In this document: one piece after another, positions 39,605 to 53,396 of the stretch
How positions within the stretch are numbered: the stretch's first letter is position 1
How the letters are laid out: the number at the start of each line of letters is the position of its first letter
Assembly: GCF_006345805.1 (NCBI RefSeq)
Contig: NC_042999.1
Coordinates: 114,390,001-114,454,000, forward strand
Direction of reading: 5' to 3'
Length of the DNA stretch: 64,000 bases
DNA from: Octopus sinensis
Taxonomy: Eukaryota
The notes under the pieces: generated by a model
Database searches by the model: none
What the model saw: the letters and a program-made list of their open reading frames with translations, nothing else
What the model was told of the DNA's origin: nothing
Translations under genes and position numbers: made by a program

Positions 39605-39949
39605 GCCGCTGCTTCTGCTGCTAATCATAATAATACTTTCTTTATTGGCTACGAGGGGCGAAAAGATATTCAAGGCATATACACGTGTAGACGATTAATA
39701 ACAGTAATTAATAAGAAAATTGATAACAGTAAAATTCCCCAGTAGAGGAGAGTACCATCCAGGAGCAACTAAGGAACCCTGGTACTGGATAAACCGACTA
39801 CCAAAGGAACCACAAGGAATCAGCTTTGTATTTCATCATTCCAGGGTGAATTAAGTACACCAGTTAAATACTAGAGACAGTAAGTGCCTTTACCATTTAA
39901 TGAAATGTAGTGTTTCTCGGGCCATTCTCACTATATTCATTCCCACCTC

Positions 39950-41080
39950 CTTTCATGACATTTACTTGTGGAGACAGCACCTCCCTATCCATCGCCTTCA
40001 TCCTTATATCTAACTTTAAAAAAGTCGACGTGGGCTGCAGCCAATGGACGGAAGAAAAATGCTTGTCCTTCCCAAACAAAAAAGATAGCAGGACGATCAA
40101 GAAGATAGCAGGGCGATCTTCATGATGGACTCAGTTGATAGCTAGATCTACCCCACACGTAATAACAGAAGTTTGACATAACTCTAAAAGTTAGCAATAA
40201 TCGGATGCTGTACGAGAGCGTATAAGACTGTTTCGTCGCTCTGTATGCGTCTCGAGCAGGTCCAGCTGACAGCTTTACCATGCATGCAGAGTTTATGCCG
40301 AACAAGTAATGTGCTGATAACACTACCAGGTCAGGGATTTCTGGAAATCATCCATAGGTTCTAGACTGAGAGTTCTCCGGGAAAGAAAACCCAGCTATTT
40401 GATCGCTCGCGATGCCCAGAGTTTCTCGAATGATGTTGTCGCTAATCCTCTATTGTGCGCCGTGGTGCAACACCCACCAAACATGTTGCATGTCAGGCAG
40501 CGGGCTGTGAGTACCTGACAATGCTCTTGATGTCAGACAACCTACCTCTACCTACGATTGATCCAAGACTACAGTTCTGTCAAAGAAACGAGCTGTGGAA
40601 AAGCGTGTCTGACAAAGTGACCACACCTGCTTACCGTTAAAGAAATGCTAGAGATATCGTCCGCACAATTATTCACTGATATCCAGTCCTCTATGTGGCG
40701 GATATTGACAGCTAATGGACCATGGAAAGCAGAAGAGCAAGCGCTCCAGTCAGGTCAGCCGTGAAACGGGACAAATCACGGAAGTAAATGGCGGCGGGGA
40801 TGTAGCGTTCGCTCTGGGCTATAGCATTACGCAGGAGAGACTTTTTGATTACGTCGATCCCACTATTAGACTGGTGCTTTATTTGTCGATCACGGAGGGA
40901 AGAAAGGCAAAATGCGATAACGAGTGAGATTTGGCAGCCATTTCTAGTCGTTAAGTCGATCAAGAGACCATCTAGCTAGAAGCTGGTCACTAGATCATGT
41001 GGAGGCTTCCTTGCCGATTAACCTTGTGGTAGCCATATTGGCTGGAAGAAAGTCCTCCTATAGCTGTATATTTGTAAGGT
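39950..41080 (+). mobile_element. probable DIRS-type (tyrosine recombinase) retrotransposon relic
   Basis: GC-richer block with frame-shifting remnants in DIRS order: RNase H-like SQWTEE, HVITEV*HN and HAEFMPNK*CADNTTRSG, then integrase N-terminal-like VDPTIRLVLYLSITEG...LAAISS. Confidence 0.5.
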
Positions 41081-41935
41081 ATGGAGATAGATGAAGAGTG
41101 GGGAGAGGATAAGGATAAAATGGAACACAAAAATAATAGAAAATCTAAACCTCTTCACCACACACATATATGCTTATATACACATATATATTCATACAAA
41201 CATGCATACATACATGCATACGTACATACATAAATACACCCTTCACACAGATACACACACATACACACACACATACACACACATACGTATAGTATAAGAG
41301 ATAAAAGATGAGAAAGAAATGATGATAGAAAGTATATAAACAACGAGAAAAACACAAGAAAAGAAGGAAGAAAAAATAAACAAAATATGAATACAAAGAT
41401 GAAGTTAAGAGAAGTAAAACAACGCCAACAACATAAAATAGTGAAGGAACGATCCTGCACCCCCCAGAACAAAACAAACACTATTCTCATCCACGACAAA
41501 AAATAAAGAACATGAAAAATAAAAATGAAAATAAAAAATAAACAAGTAAAAACAAAAAAAACAATAACAATGAAATAATATAAATAAATAAATGAGGGAA
41601 AAAAAAAACAATCCAGAAGACAAGACGAGAAGAGAGAATAAAAGTTACAGGTCTTTCTGTGCAGCGTATAAAATATGGCTTCTTCAAACAGAACGACACG
41701 TTAACTTATTCGTCGAAATGACCCTGTTTTAACGAGTAAGCAGCAAATTATCTCCAGAGCTGTCAAGAATTGTCATCTTTGGAGACCTCCCTTATTCAAA
41801 GATGTCATCATCCCATTTCATCAAACTGGGCGACTGAGATGAGAGTTGTGTGTGTAACGAAAATATTTATGTATTTCTTGGTTTCGTTTTTGTGCTCCTG
41901 AAAATATTTGTATGAGTGTGTACGGTGTGTGTGTA

Positions 41936-41987
<52 letters not shown>

Positions 41988-42129
41988 CGTGCGCGGGTGT
42001 GTGTGTGTATGTGTGTGTGATCATCTCTCTCTCTCTCTCTGAAGTATTGCTGAACAAACTTCTTCGGCAGATTTTTTTTAAGACGTTAGTCTTTCTAATC
42101 ATTTGATGAGCTTAATCAGAAGATTAGCA

Positions 42130-42440
42130 GAACAGCCATTATCCTGCTTATTTTATCGATACCTCGAAAAGATGAAAGGAGAAGTTGACCTCGGCAGGAG
42201 TTGAACTCTGGAACGCATAGAGTCAGAAGAAATGCTACTAAGCATTTTATCCTACGTGCTAACGTTTCTGGCCGCTCAGCACCTTAATACTTTCAATTGT
42301 ATTTTCACCGGGTCAGCAATATTAGCAGGAGGCGGGGAGTTAGTTGATTACATCGACCTCAGTACTCAAGACCTTGGCAGAAACGCCAAGAGTCGGAGGA
42401 AATGCCGCTAAGCATTTTACTGACGATTCTGTCAGCTCGT
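42130..42440 (-). mobile_element. two SINE family A copies
   Basis: GAAAAGATGAAAGGAGAAGTTGACCTCGGCAGG...GAAATGCTACTAAGCATTTT, and a second GAAATGCCGCTAAGCATTTT at 42399. Confidence 0.75.
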
Positions 42441-42539
42441 CTTCGTTTCTAATATAGGCATAGGGCCTGCCTACCTACCTACCTACCTACCTACCTACAT
42501 ACCTGCCTGCATGCATGCCTGCCTGCCTACCTAGCTACC

Positions 42540-42908
42540 TACATACATACAAACAAACAAACAAGTTCCAGTTGTTCCGGTCAACGGAACGGCCTGCTCT
42601 TGAAATTAACGTGCAAATGGCTGAGCACTCCAGAGACACGTTTACCTTAACGTAGTTCTCAGGGAGATTCAGCGTGACACAGGGTGTGACAAGGCTGGCC
42701 CTTTGAAATACATGTACAACAGAAACAGGAAGAAAGAGTGAGAGAAAGTTGTGGTGAAAGAGTACAGCAGACTTCGCCACCACCCCTTGCTGGAGCCTCA
42801 TGGAGCTTTAGGTGTTTTCTCTCAATAAACATTCACAACGCCCGGTCTAGGAATCGAAACAGTGATCCTACGACCGCGAGTCCACTGCCCTAACCACTGA
42901 GCCATTGT
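42540..42908 (-). mobile_element. tRNA-type SINE (family C-related)
   Basis: Minus-strand head GCTCAGTGGTTAGGGCAGTGGACTCGCGGTCGTAGGATCACTGTTTCGATTCCTAGACCGGGCG; a plus-strand relative is at 26740-26900. Confidence 0.8.
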
Positions 42909-42969
42909 ACTATATATATATATATATATTATATATATATATAATAATATATAATATATATATTATATA

Positions 42970-43003
<34 letters not shown>

Positions 43004-43009
<6 letters not shown>

Positions 43010-43215
43010 ACAAATATTCGGTAGCCATGATAAAACTCCGAATTTCAGATGTCGGGGTGGAAACCCACGCCGCCATCTCTTTAGTTATCCGGCCAGAAAA
43101 AAAAAGATTTCATAGCATTTTTTCAATGGCCGGATAACTGAAAAGATGGCGGCGTGAGTATACGCCCCGACATCCGAAACTCGGAGTTTTATCATGGCTA
43201 CCGAATAATTATCAC

Positions 43216-43220
<5 letters not shown>
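43004..43220. mobile_element. palindromic non-autonomous element with a hammerhead motif on each strand, embedded in (TA)n
   Basis: Arms 43006-43095 and 43127-43216 are reverse complements. Plus arm: GATAA-CTGAAAA-GATG..CATC-CGAAA-CTCGGAG-TT-TTATC. Minus arm: GATAA-CTAAAGA-GATG..CATC-TGAAA-TTCGGAG-TT-TTATC. Confidence 0.85.
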
Positions 43221-43253
<33 letters not shown>

Positions 43254-44910
43254 TTCCTCTATTTACATAATATCGAAAATTAAAAGTAACAAACAACAAG
43301 AGGACATCCACACAGAATGTATTAGTTTAACGCTCAATAATAAGAGAGGAGTCTTTGGCGCTTGGAGCATGGTGGGCTTCTTTCAGTTTCCGTCCACATA
43401 ATCCACTCAGAAGACTTTGACCTTTTCTATACATGTATGCATTTTGTAAATATATGAACGTTTTTCATATATAGTTGCAGTCACTTATCCAATGTTTCTC
43501 ACGGTTGGACTGAACCCGGAGCCGTGTTGTTGGGAAGCAAACTTCTTACCACACAGCCACGCCTGTGTCTATATGGTTGTATATTTGAAATATGCTGCTT
43601 TACTCTATTATCACGTGTCTCTGCGTATCGGCTGTGTTCATGTGTCAGTCTATGTATATTATTGCTCTGAACCTGATTTTGTCCCCATCTACTTTTATTG
43701 GGCCTTCTCACTAAGTCGCTTTGCACGATGAAGTCTTTTCAATATAACAGAGAAACATTTATTCATATAATTACAAAATACACGCATACATAAATACAAA
43801 CTTACGTACATGCATACACACACACGTACACATACACACGCGCACGCACACGTACATACATACATGCATACAGACAGACATTACGTGTATGTGTATTACG
43901 TGCATTCTTCCTAGACAAACATATATATTTATATACATATATGCACATCTATAAATCTCTCTATCTATCTTTTTCTCCGTCTCTATCTGTTTGCCTGTCT
44001 GTCACTCTCTCTCCCCTTCTCTTTATATATATCCACATAGCTATATCTATGTCTCTGTGTATATGTGTACATATATATATATACATATATATGCATACAT
44101 ATGTATATATGTATATATATCCATGTATATATGGATATAATATTATACATATATATATATATATATATTAATATATATGTATATATCCATATCTACATAT
44201 ATTTATATATCCATCTCTCTCTTTCTCTCTCTCTCTATGTATATGTATATATATATATACATATATTTATATATATACATATATATATATACATATATTT
44301 GTATATATACATATATTTATATATATTTATATATATACACATATATTTATACACATGCACATGTATGAATCGACACAGAGAAAGAGAGAGAAAGGAAAAG
44401 AAAGGGAACGAAGTGGGAAGAGATTACAGACCGGTTAAATTTTAATAAGTACTGTATAAGTATGCTAATATTCATGACAGTTGTATTGGAGAAATGCTGT
44501 CAAGCATGAACGGCTTTCGTCAGATAGCGTACCGCCCTGCATGTCGGGATTAAGAAACCAAATTTCATATTTCACTATCTTACATCTAATCATACGTCAA
44601 TTTTTAATTTCTGAAATTAGCGTTTATTATTTTCTTTTCTTTTTTTTTCTTTTAAATATTTCTTCTTGCCATTAATCTGCTAACACGCACATATATTCGT
44701 ATGCGTTTGTATGTGAGTGTATATATGTATAAATGAGTACACTGACATGTATATATCTATGTATACGTATGTATGTATGTATGTATGTATGTATGTATGT
44801 ATGTATGTATGTATGTATGCATGTATACGTATATATGTGTGTATATATATATATATACATACATATATATATATGAATGTATATATATATATATGTATAC
44901 CTATTTGTGT

Positions 44911-44957
<47 letters not shown>

Positions 44958-45254
44958 CTACGTATACATACAAATACAACAACATAGCTTACAACCTGAT
45001 GGAAATTATGGAAGATGTCATCATATGGAATAAGAGTTAATAAATCATGTATATTAAAGAATAAAAATACAAACTACTGGAGTTAAAATCCAATCTTACA
45101 TAGAAGTGGTACATGAACAGTGTTCAGAGGAGAGCAATTTCGATTCTTCGTAACATCCATTGTCAATGCTGTTAAAGCAGAGGTCACTGCATGATTTTTT
45201 TTACTGCTACTTTATGCATGCGGCCTACCGCAGTATCTGTATTCTATAGGAAAG

Positions 45255-45497
45255 ATTCTTCCCGAGTCACATAGACTCATAGGACCGGTTTCCTGGTTTC
45301 CGTGGTGCATAGATTCTCCCACTGGACGGAACGCCGGGCCGTTGCAAGGTTACTCAGTTTTGTCAGCTGAGTGGGTTGGAACAACATGAAATGAAATATT
45401 TTGCTCAAGAACAAAACGGTCGCCTAGTCCAAGAATCGAAATCACATTCTTATGATTACGAGTCAAACACCCAAACCACTAAGCCACGTTCCTTCAC
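45255..45497 (-). mobile_element. SINE family C
   Basis: Collinear with 24149-24394. Confidence 0.8.
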
Positions 45498-45540
45498 ATA
45501 TTCATAGTCTATGCGGTGAAATGATCTGATGTGGGTGAGG

Positions 45541-45745
45541 AATAGGATTAGGGTTTAGGATTTAGGATTAGAGTAAGCTTCAGTGTTAGGGTTTAGGGTT
45601 AGGGCTTACGAGTGGGGCTTGGGCTTAGGGTTAGGGTTAAGTTAGGGTTTAGGGCTAAGGATAGAGTCAGGGTTTTGGGTTTGAGTTAGGGTTTAGGATT
45701 AGCGTTAGGTTTAAGTTTTAGGGTTAGGGTTTAGGGTTAGGTTAG
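45541..45745 (+). repeat. degenerate interstitial telomere-like (TTAGGG/TTTAGGG)n tract
   Basis: For example GTTAGGGTTTAGGGTTAGGG and TTAGGGTTAGGGTTAAGTTAGGGTTTAGGG. Confidence 0.8.
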
Positions 45746-45777
45746 CTCGCCAACTAGTAGTATTATATTCAATTCTA

Positions 45778-45985
45778 CTTGGCGGCGCGTTAGCAGAATC
45801 GTGAGAGCATCAGACAAAACACTCAGCAGCATTTCTTCCGGGTCTTCACGTTCTGAGTTCAAATTCCTCCGGGATCGACTTTGTCTTTTAGCCGATAAAA
45901 AGTACCAGTCAAGTACTGTGGTGTAATCTACTTGCCTCCTCTTCCCTATAATAGCTCTTCTCGTACCAACATTTGAAACAGTCAT
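45778..45985 (+). mobile_element. SINE family A
   Basis: GGCGGCGCGTTAGCAGAATCG...CTGAGTTCAAATTCC. Confidence 0.75.
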
Positions 45986-46274
45986 TTCCAATATTAATTA
46001 GTATATTAATTTTCAATTTGCTTTCAAAGATTAAAGGGTGAATTTTGAAGGAGACCTGCTACTAATTTTAGCAAATCGAACGTTAGCTCGAATTATTTCG
46101 GTTGTGTGACGAAGAGCAAGCTTACAATTCTCTGAGAAAAGCAAATGTTTTTTTCTGGAATACACAATTTGTAGTTGTTGGGGTTTTTGTAGCTTATTTT
46201 GCTATTGTTTCTCCTCAGATCAAATGTGATTAATGACCATCGCAGTCGTGACAATTCTGCCTTCCCCTTTACCT

Positions 46275-46506
46275 ATTTCTTTACTACCCACAAGGGGCTA
46301 AACACAGAGGGGACAAACAAGGACAGACACACGGATTAAGTCGATTATATCAACCCCAGTGCGTAACTGGTACTTATTTAATCGACCCCGAAAGGATGAA
46401 AGGCAAAGTCGACCTCGGCAGAATTTGAACTCAGAATGTAACGGGAGGCGAAATACGGCTACGCATTACGCCCAGCGTGCTAACGTTTCTGCCAGCTCGC
46501 CGCCTT
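46275..46506 (-). mobile_element. SINE family A, full length, young
   Basis: Near-perfect reverse complement of 15038-15272. Confidence 0.92.
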
Positions 46507-48899
46507 AACTTTACCATAGCCTATGTCTACATTATCCTATGTGTCTTTTTTTTAAGACAATGTGTTTTTTAAGGACATGTGGTTGCTATTTCCTGCAGGT
46601 CAATAAACTGAATAAGAGTTATCCAAACTGTACTGTGAGATATTCTGTTCATCGGCTGTTGGCAACGATCACAACGTCTCTGGCGTTGTTAGATAGTATC
46701 AACCCCATCCTGTAAATACAAGCAGTGTTGAGCGGCATTGATGCTACCTGGCACCGTCAAGATTATTTTGGTTCACATCATTGGTTTTTATTTCTTCCAA
46801 TCAACTATGCAGCCACCTTACCAAATTAAAGACTCGCTGCAACTATCCGACGACTATTTTCTTTTGCTACTTGTTGAAGATTTAATCTTGACTTTCAGCT
46901 TTGGTTTTTCTCGTATGTCTGTCTGCCTGTCTGTCTGTCTCTCTGCCTGCCTGCCTGTGTGTCTGTGTGTCTGTGTGTCTGTGTGTCTGTCTGTTTGCCT
47001 GCCTGCCTGTCTGTCTGTATGTATGTATATGTGTGGATGCATGTATGTATGCATGAATGTGTGGATGTATGTATGCATGTATGTACGTATGTAACAATAT
47101 TAAATTATATTATGCTGTATATACATGTGTATGTGTATGTGACTGTGTGTGTGTGTGCGTGCGCGTGCGCGTTTGTGCGCGTGCGTATGAAGGCACGCGG
47201 TTTAGTGGTTAGGAGGTTCGAATCCTGATCGTAAGGTCGTGAGTTCAATTTCCGACGGCGCGCTGTCCTAGACCTGGACACTTTTTTTCACGTTGCTCCA
47301 GTCCACTCGCGAAATTTTAGTCGAGCAAATCGACCCCCAGTACTTATTTTAAAGGCTGGTACTTATTCTCTCGATCTTTTTTGCTGAACCGCTTGCTTAC
47401 GGGGACCTAAGCACACCAATACCTGTTGTCAAGCAGTGGTAGGCACAAACACAGACACAAAGACATACAGACACACAGACACACACATACTCAAAAGTTA
47501 AGGAGTAGTATAGATAAAAACCGGGTTACATATGTTTCATTACCTCGGAAGTGGTAAATATCCGAGCGAGGTGTATACCGCAGGCCACACGTCAGGCCAA
47601 GGGTATCTTGATTAAATGAAGTTTACGTTGTCGTTAGGAGGCATATGTTAACATAAGAAAGATTTGATCAGATTGTTTGAATTTCACTTTCTTCCTACAT
47701 CTCTTTGGATCTTACATTTATGTATGTATGTATGTATGTATGTATGTATTATGTATGTATTATGTATGTATTATGTATGTATGCATGTATGTATGCATGT
47801 ATGTACGTACGTACGTATGTATGTATGACGTACGTACGTATGTATGTATGTATGTATGTATGTATGTATGTATGTATGTATGTATGTATCTATCTATGTA
47901 TCTATCTATCTATCTATCTATACACAACAGGTTTCTTCAAGTTTCCGTCTACCATATCCGCTCACAAGGACCGAGGCTATAGTACAAGACACTTGTCCAA
48001 GCTGCTACGCATTAGGGCTGATCCTGGGACCATGTGGTTGGGAAGTAAACCTTTTACCACACAGCAACCTACACACACACAGCAACACACACACACACGC
48101 ATACACACACACACACACACATTCATACACACACATGTATGTATAGAGGGCGTATTTTCGTTACAAAAAACAAACACAAAAAAAGCAAAACTACAACATA
48201 AAGAACTCAATACCAACTACGAAGATTATCGAGTATATGTTTATCATAAAACTGAACAGAATGATTGCTTACATGTGATCCACTTTTACGTACCATCAAA
48301 AGAAGAACGCGAGCCATCACCAAAAATCTGAGAGTGATGGTGTATGTGCTTACGCGTAATTGCATGCAAACGTGAGAGTGCGCGTGATCGCATATATCAA
48401 TTTCGGAGGTGATCGATATAGATATATAAAAAAAAAAATTCCGCTTGATTTCATTGAATTCAATCAAATAATACCAGTAATATTCAGAGATAAATTAGTG
48501 GACTGTAACTTCCCGTCTAATAACTTTCCATCTCCTACAAATGCGTTATTGTTTTTTTGTCGACAAAAGAAATCAATATATTTTATATAAACGATATATT
48601 GAAATAAATAGCAGCATCATCCGTGCGATTACTCGATTATCAAGTTAGAGTTTCATGTATGTAAGCATGGATGTAATTATATGTATGTGTGTGTGTTGTG
48701 TGTGTGTGTGTGTTGGTGTGTGTATGTATGTAGTTAGTATGTATGCATGCATGCATGTATGTATGATGTATGTAGTATGTAATGTATGTATGCATGTATG
48801 TATGCATGTATGTATGTATGTATGTATAATGTATGTGTGTATGTATGTATGTATCTCTATCTATCTATCTATCTACTACTATCTATCTATCTATCTATC

Positions 48900-48964
48900 T
48901 ATCTATTATATCTATATATATAATATTATATATATATATATATATACACACACATACATACACT

Positions 48965-49009
<45 letters not shown>

Positions 49010-49128
49010 CATATATATATCTATGTGGATGTATATGAATAAGCATATGTGTATGTGTGTGTGCGCGCACACAGAGACACGCATGCATGTATATGAATAA
49101 ATATGTATTTTTCTATATATATATATAT

Positions 49129-49169
<41 letters not shown>

Positions 49170-49590
49170 TATATATTAATATATATATATATATATAATA
49201 TATTATATATATAATGTAATATATTACACATCTACAGAACTGATGCTGCTGCTGTTGCTGTTGTGCTGGTTATTTTATATTGTGTATATATTGTCTATAT
49301 TCAGATTAGCAAAGCATTTCGGTAGATTTGTTTCTTTTAATGTGCCATCTAAAGCACTGGACCATATTCGTTCCTTCTTAAAACTGTTTCTTCCATTATT
49401 TTCTTCGTGTATAGGAACCAATTCAGGCAGGGGATTTAAATTTATGCAAATACAACAGAGAGAAGATGGAAAGAAAGGAATTCCATGTGGACTTTCTGTT
49501 TTTTAGTCGTATGACATATGGTGTATATATGTACATGTATGGATATGTGCTTATATATCGTATATAAAAGCATATATCTATATGCATATA

Positions 49591-49666
<76 letters not shown>

Positions 49667-49689
49667 ATATATATATATTATATATATCT

Positions 49690-49720
<31 letters not shown>

Positions 49721-49745
49721 GGGGGGGAGAAAGAGAGAGAATATA

Positions 49746-49787
<42 letters not shown>

Positions 49788-50135
49788 TATATATGAATAT
49801 ATGCATATATATGTATATGCATATACGTATATATGTGTGTGTGCATACGTATATATGTATATGGATATGTATTTATTTATGTACATATATGTGTGTATTA
49901 GTGTGTGCTTGTATAAACATAAACATGTACAATACTTATATGTGTACATCTACGTTTATATGCGCACACACACACACATATATATATACACATAAACACA
50001 TATATATTACACACACACATATATATACATACACGCACATATACATATACACACACAACACACATATATATATACGCTTATTCGTGTACATGTATGTTTA
50101 TGTATACGCAAACACATATAACTCTGTCTCTCAAC

Positions 50136-50219
<84 letters not shown>

Positions 50220-50289
50220 CTACGTGTGTGTGTGTGTGTGTGTGTATGTGATGTATGTAGATATATATGTGCGTGATGTATGTATATAT

Positions 50290-50338
<49 letters not shown>

Positions 50339-50465
50339 TATATGTATATATATATATATATATATGTGTGTGTATATATTATATATATACATTATGTGTA
50401 ATATATTATCTATATATATATATTATATATATATATATATATTATATATATATATATATATAATA
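48900..50465. repeat. extended (TA)n/(CA)n microsatellite mosaic
   Basis: Direct reading. Confidence 0.9.
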
Positions 50466-51451
50466 TGATATTTGGTAACACAACATTCAGATTTCTGCGC
50501 ATAAACTTGTCTTAGACAAACACGCGTGCATTTACACACGCACACCACACACACACTCACACACACATACACACAGACACACTCACACACCACACACACA
50601 CTCACACACGCACACTTAACACACTGTGTGCACACATTTTCAGCAATCAAGCCTCGCCGGCATATTTATTTTAAGCCATCACAAACAACAACTGTAGCAA
50701 TATTTATTATAAACTCTAATAGATTCATTTCTAAAGGATATCTATTATAATCTCCCATAAACATTGCTGTGACATATTTGTTAAATGTTCTCTCAAGCGC
50801 ACCTTCCTATATCTATAAGTTCTTATCAAATTGAATTGTCTAATGCTTTAGGAATCAATACAAATAAATTAAAGAAACAAACAAAAAGCGATTTGATATA
50901 TAAAAGGAATAAAAAAAATTATAAAGGAACAAAAAAAAAACTTATAGAATAGTTCAGGATAGAGAGAGAGGGAGAGAAAGAGGAGGGGGAAGGGGTAGCG
51001 AGAGTGAGACATAGTTGTGTAGTTTAGAAGTTGCCTATTAATTGCGTGGTTGTGAGTTCGATCCCACTGCAAAGCCCATTAGCTGTCGTTCGTCGAATGT
51101 GTGTGTTTGTATATATATATAATATATATTAGGTATGTAGAAAAATACACATGGATATATCATAGAAGACGATACAATATATATATATATATTATATATA
51201 CAAATATTCTTATTATACATAATTATAATTCAGGGGTCACTAATTGCTGACGCACCGAATTTAGAAATAGTAGTTAAAATTTTATGGTAGCGGAAAAGAT
51301 ATTTTAACTACTACTTCTAAATTCGGTGATTATAATTATGTTTATAATTGTAGATTATTTGTATAATTTTACTTAAAAATGTTATTTTAACGCTGCGAAT
51401 ACTACTAGTTATAAAATTATTAATTATTAATTAATTAATTAATTTTACCTT

Positions 51452-51524
<73 letters not shown>

Positions 51525-51894
51525 ATTATAACGTAAGACGAAAGATATTATACTCAGAATATAACTTTATAAAACGAACTAAATATTGCATAATTCGAAA
51601 CTGAAGTGCAAATTGTAACTCCAATTTTCCCACGATGTAAAATGAACCGTCTGTACCACAGTAAGAGTCTAAGGCGAAAACAGAGTCAATCAACAACAAT
51701 GAGCCGGTGTATATTACGTCACCTGGTAGAGTCCATAATTTATTTTTTCTTTGGACGAATCGACGTAAGCGCAAATAATCAACATCACGTAATCGAATCG
51801 TGTCAACGGATTGGATGACAATAATGTTTTGTGTCGAAACAGCTGGGTTGTCCCAATAATATATATATGTGTGTGTGTGTGTAATGACATAATA

Positions 51895-52150
51895 ATCCTT
51901 TCTACAAGGTCTCAAATTTGTGGGGAGGGGACCAGTCAATTCCAGTGCTTACATCGACTCCAGTGTTCCACTGGTACTTAATTTATCGACCCCGCGAGGA
52001 TGAAAGGCAAAATCGACCTCGGCGGAATTTGAACTCAGAACGTAGCGGCAGACAAAATACCGCAAAGCATTTTGCCCGGCCTGTTAACGATTCTGCCAGC
52101 TCGACGCCCTCCACAGGCGAATTACCGCTAAGCATTTCGCCCAGCGTGCT
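51895..52150 (-). mobile_element. SINE family A with partial duplication
   Basis: CTGGTACTTAATTTATCGACCCC...GGCGGAATTTGAACTCAGAACG...CTGCCAGCTCG. Confidence 0.85.
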
Positions 52151-53204
52151 AATGTCAAGGCATTAATAATGAAGAATGGAGAGTTATACATCTTTAAAAT
52201 ATTTTAAATTGAAAAGTATGTTCTTCATATTACATTCCAACTCGTGTTTCTGAAGAATAAGTGTCTTAGTCTCCTTTGGTAAAATAGTTTTGCGTAATTA
52301 GTTAATCTATATTAAATCAATTGTAGTACACGTTCAAATCTATAGGTTGACAATCATATACGGCTTTATTCAGGGAGTTTCCTATACTTGTGGATGACGG
52401 AGTTGAAGAGTGGAGTATTAAAAGTAAGTTCCTAAGATATACACTTGGTGAGAGAATATATAAGAATAGGGCAAAAGACAGGGGAGATGTTAGTGAAATA
52501 TGATGCATTCATAGTTCAAATTTCCTTTAAGCTTAGAATAACCTCTTTAGACATTAAGGAAATAGATTACTAAATTAACCTTGACAGTAAAAGGCACCTT
52601 AGATGCGTCTGGGTGTATTAACATCACTGACCGCTCATACTAGAAAACAATGTATATATATGAAGTAAATGGACAGATTTAAAAAATCGAAACAAAAGAG
52701 GATGCTACTAATACATTTGTTGATTACCTTTGTCTTGAAGCCATTGTTCCAGCGTAGTCATAGTTATAGTATAAATAAAAAAATGTTTATATTTGTTTTA
52801 ATATATCGTTTCTAAGATTGGAACTTAAGTTAAACGTAAAGTCTGTCTGGAGGCTACAGATCTATTAAGTCGGAGCTTATTCCGTTTCCTTTGCGTTTAA
52901 AATACTGAGAGTACAAGCCCCGCTCCTGGAAGGGAGGATAGTCGGACGTAGGGCTAATCCCCATCTATTACTGGTTATATTTCTCAGCTGAGTAGAATGG
53001 AGTAACATGAAATGATTTGCTATGTTCTAGTCTTCAACACTTTACGTGGTCCAGGAATCGAACGCTCGGCTTAACGATTGCGAACATAATATCTTAACCC
53101 CTGTATCATGCGACATTGGAAAAACGCCAGTAATTTGGAACTGAGATAGGTAAAACTGATAGCATAGGTTTCTAGCATCTGTGTGATATTCATTTACTTT
53201 TTAT

Positions 53205-53355
53205 TTGTTTGTATGGTTTAGAAGTTCGCTTTGCAATCACATGATTTCAGGTTCAGTCTGTGCAGAAGACACTTGGGCAAGTGTCTTCTGCTATTGTCCC
53301 GGGCCGACCAATGCCTTGTGGGTGAATTTAGTAGACGGAAACTATTTGAAAGTTC

Positions 53356-53396
<41 letters not shown>

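Noticed and set aside
51795-51850. GGATGACA...TGTCGAAACAGCTG, possible decayed hammerhead
   Set aside because: Palindromic stem III is suggestive, but the core and stem I are too degraded to support.
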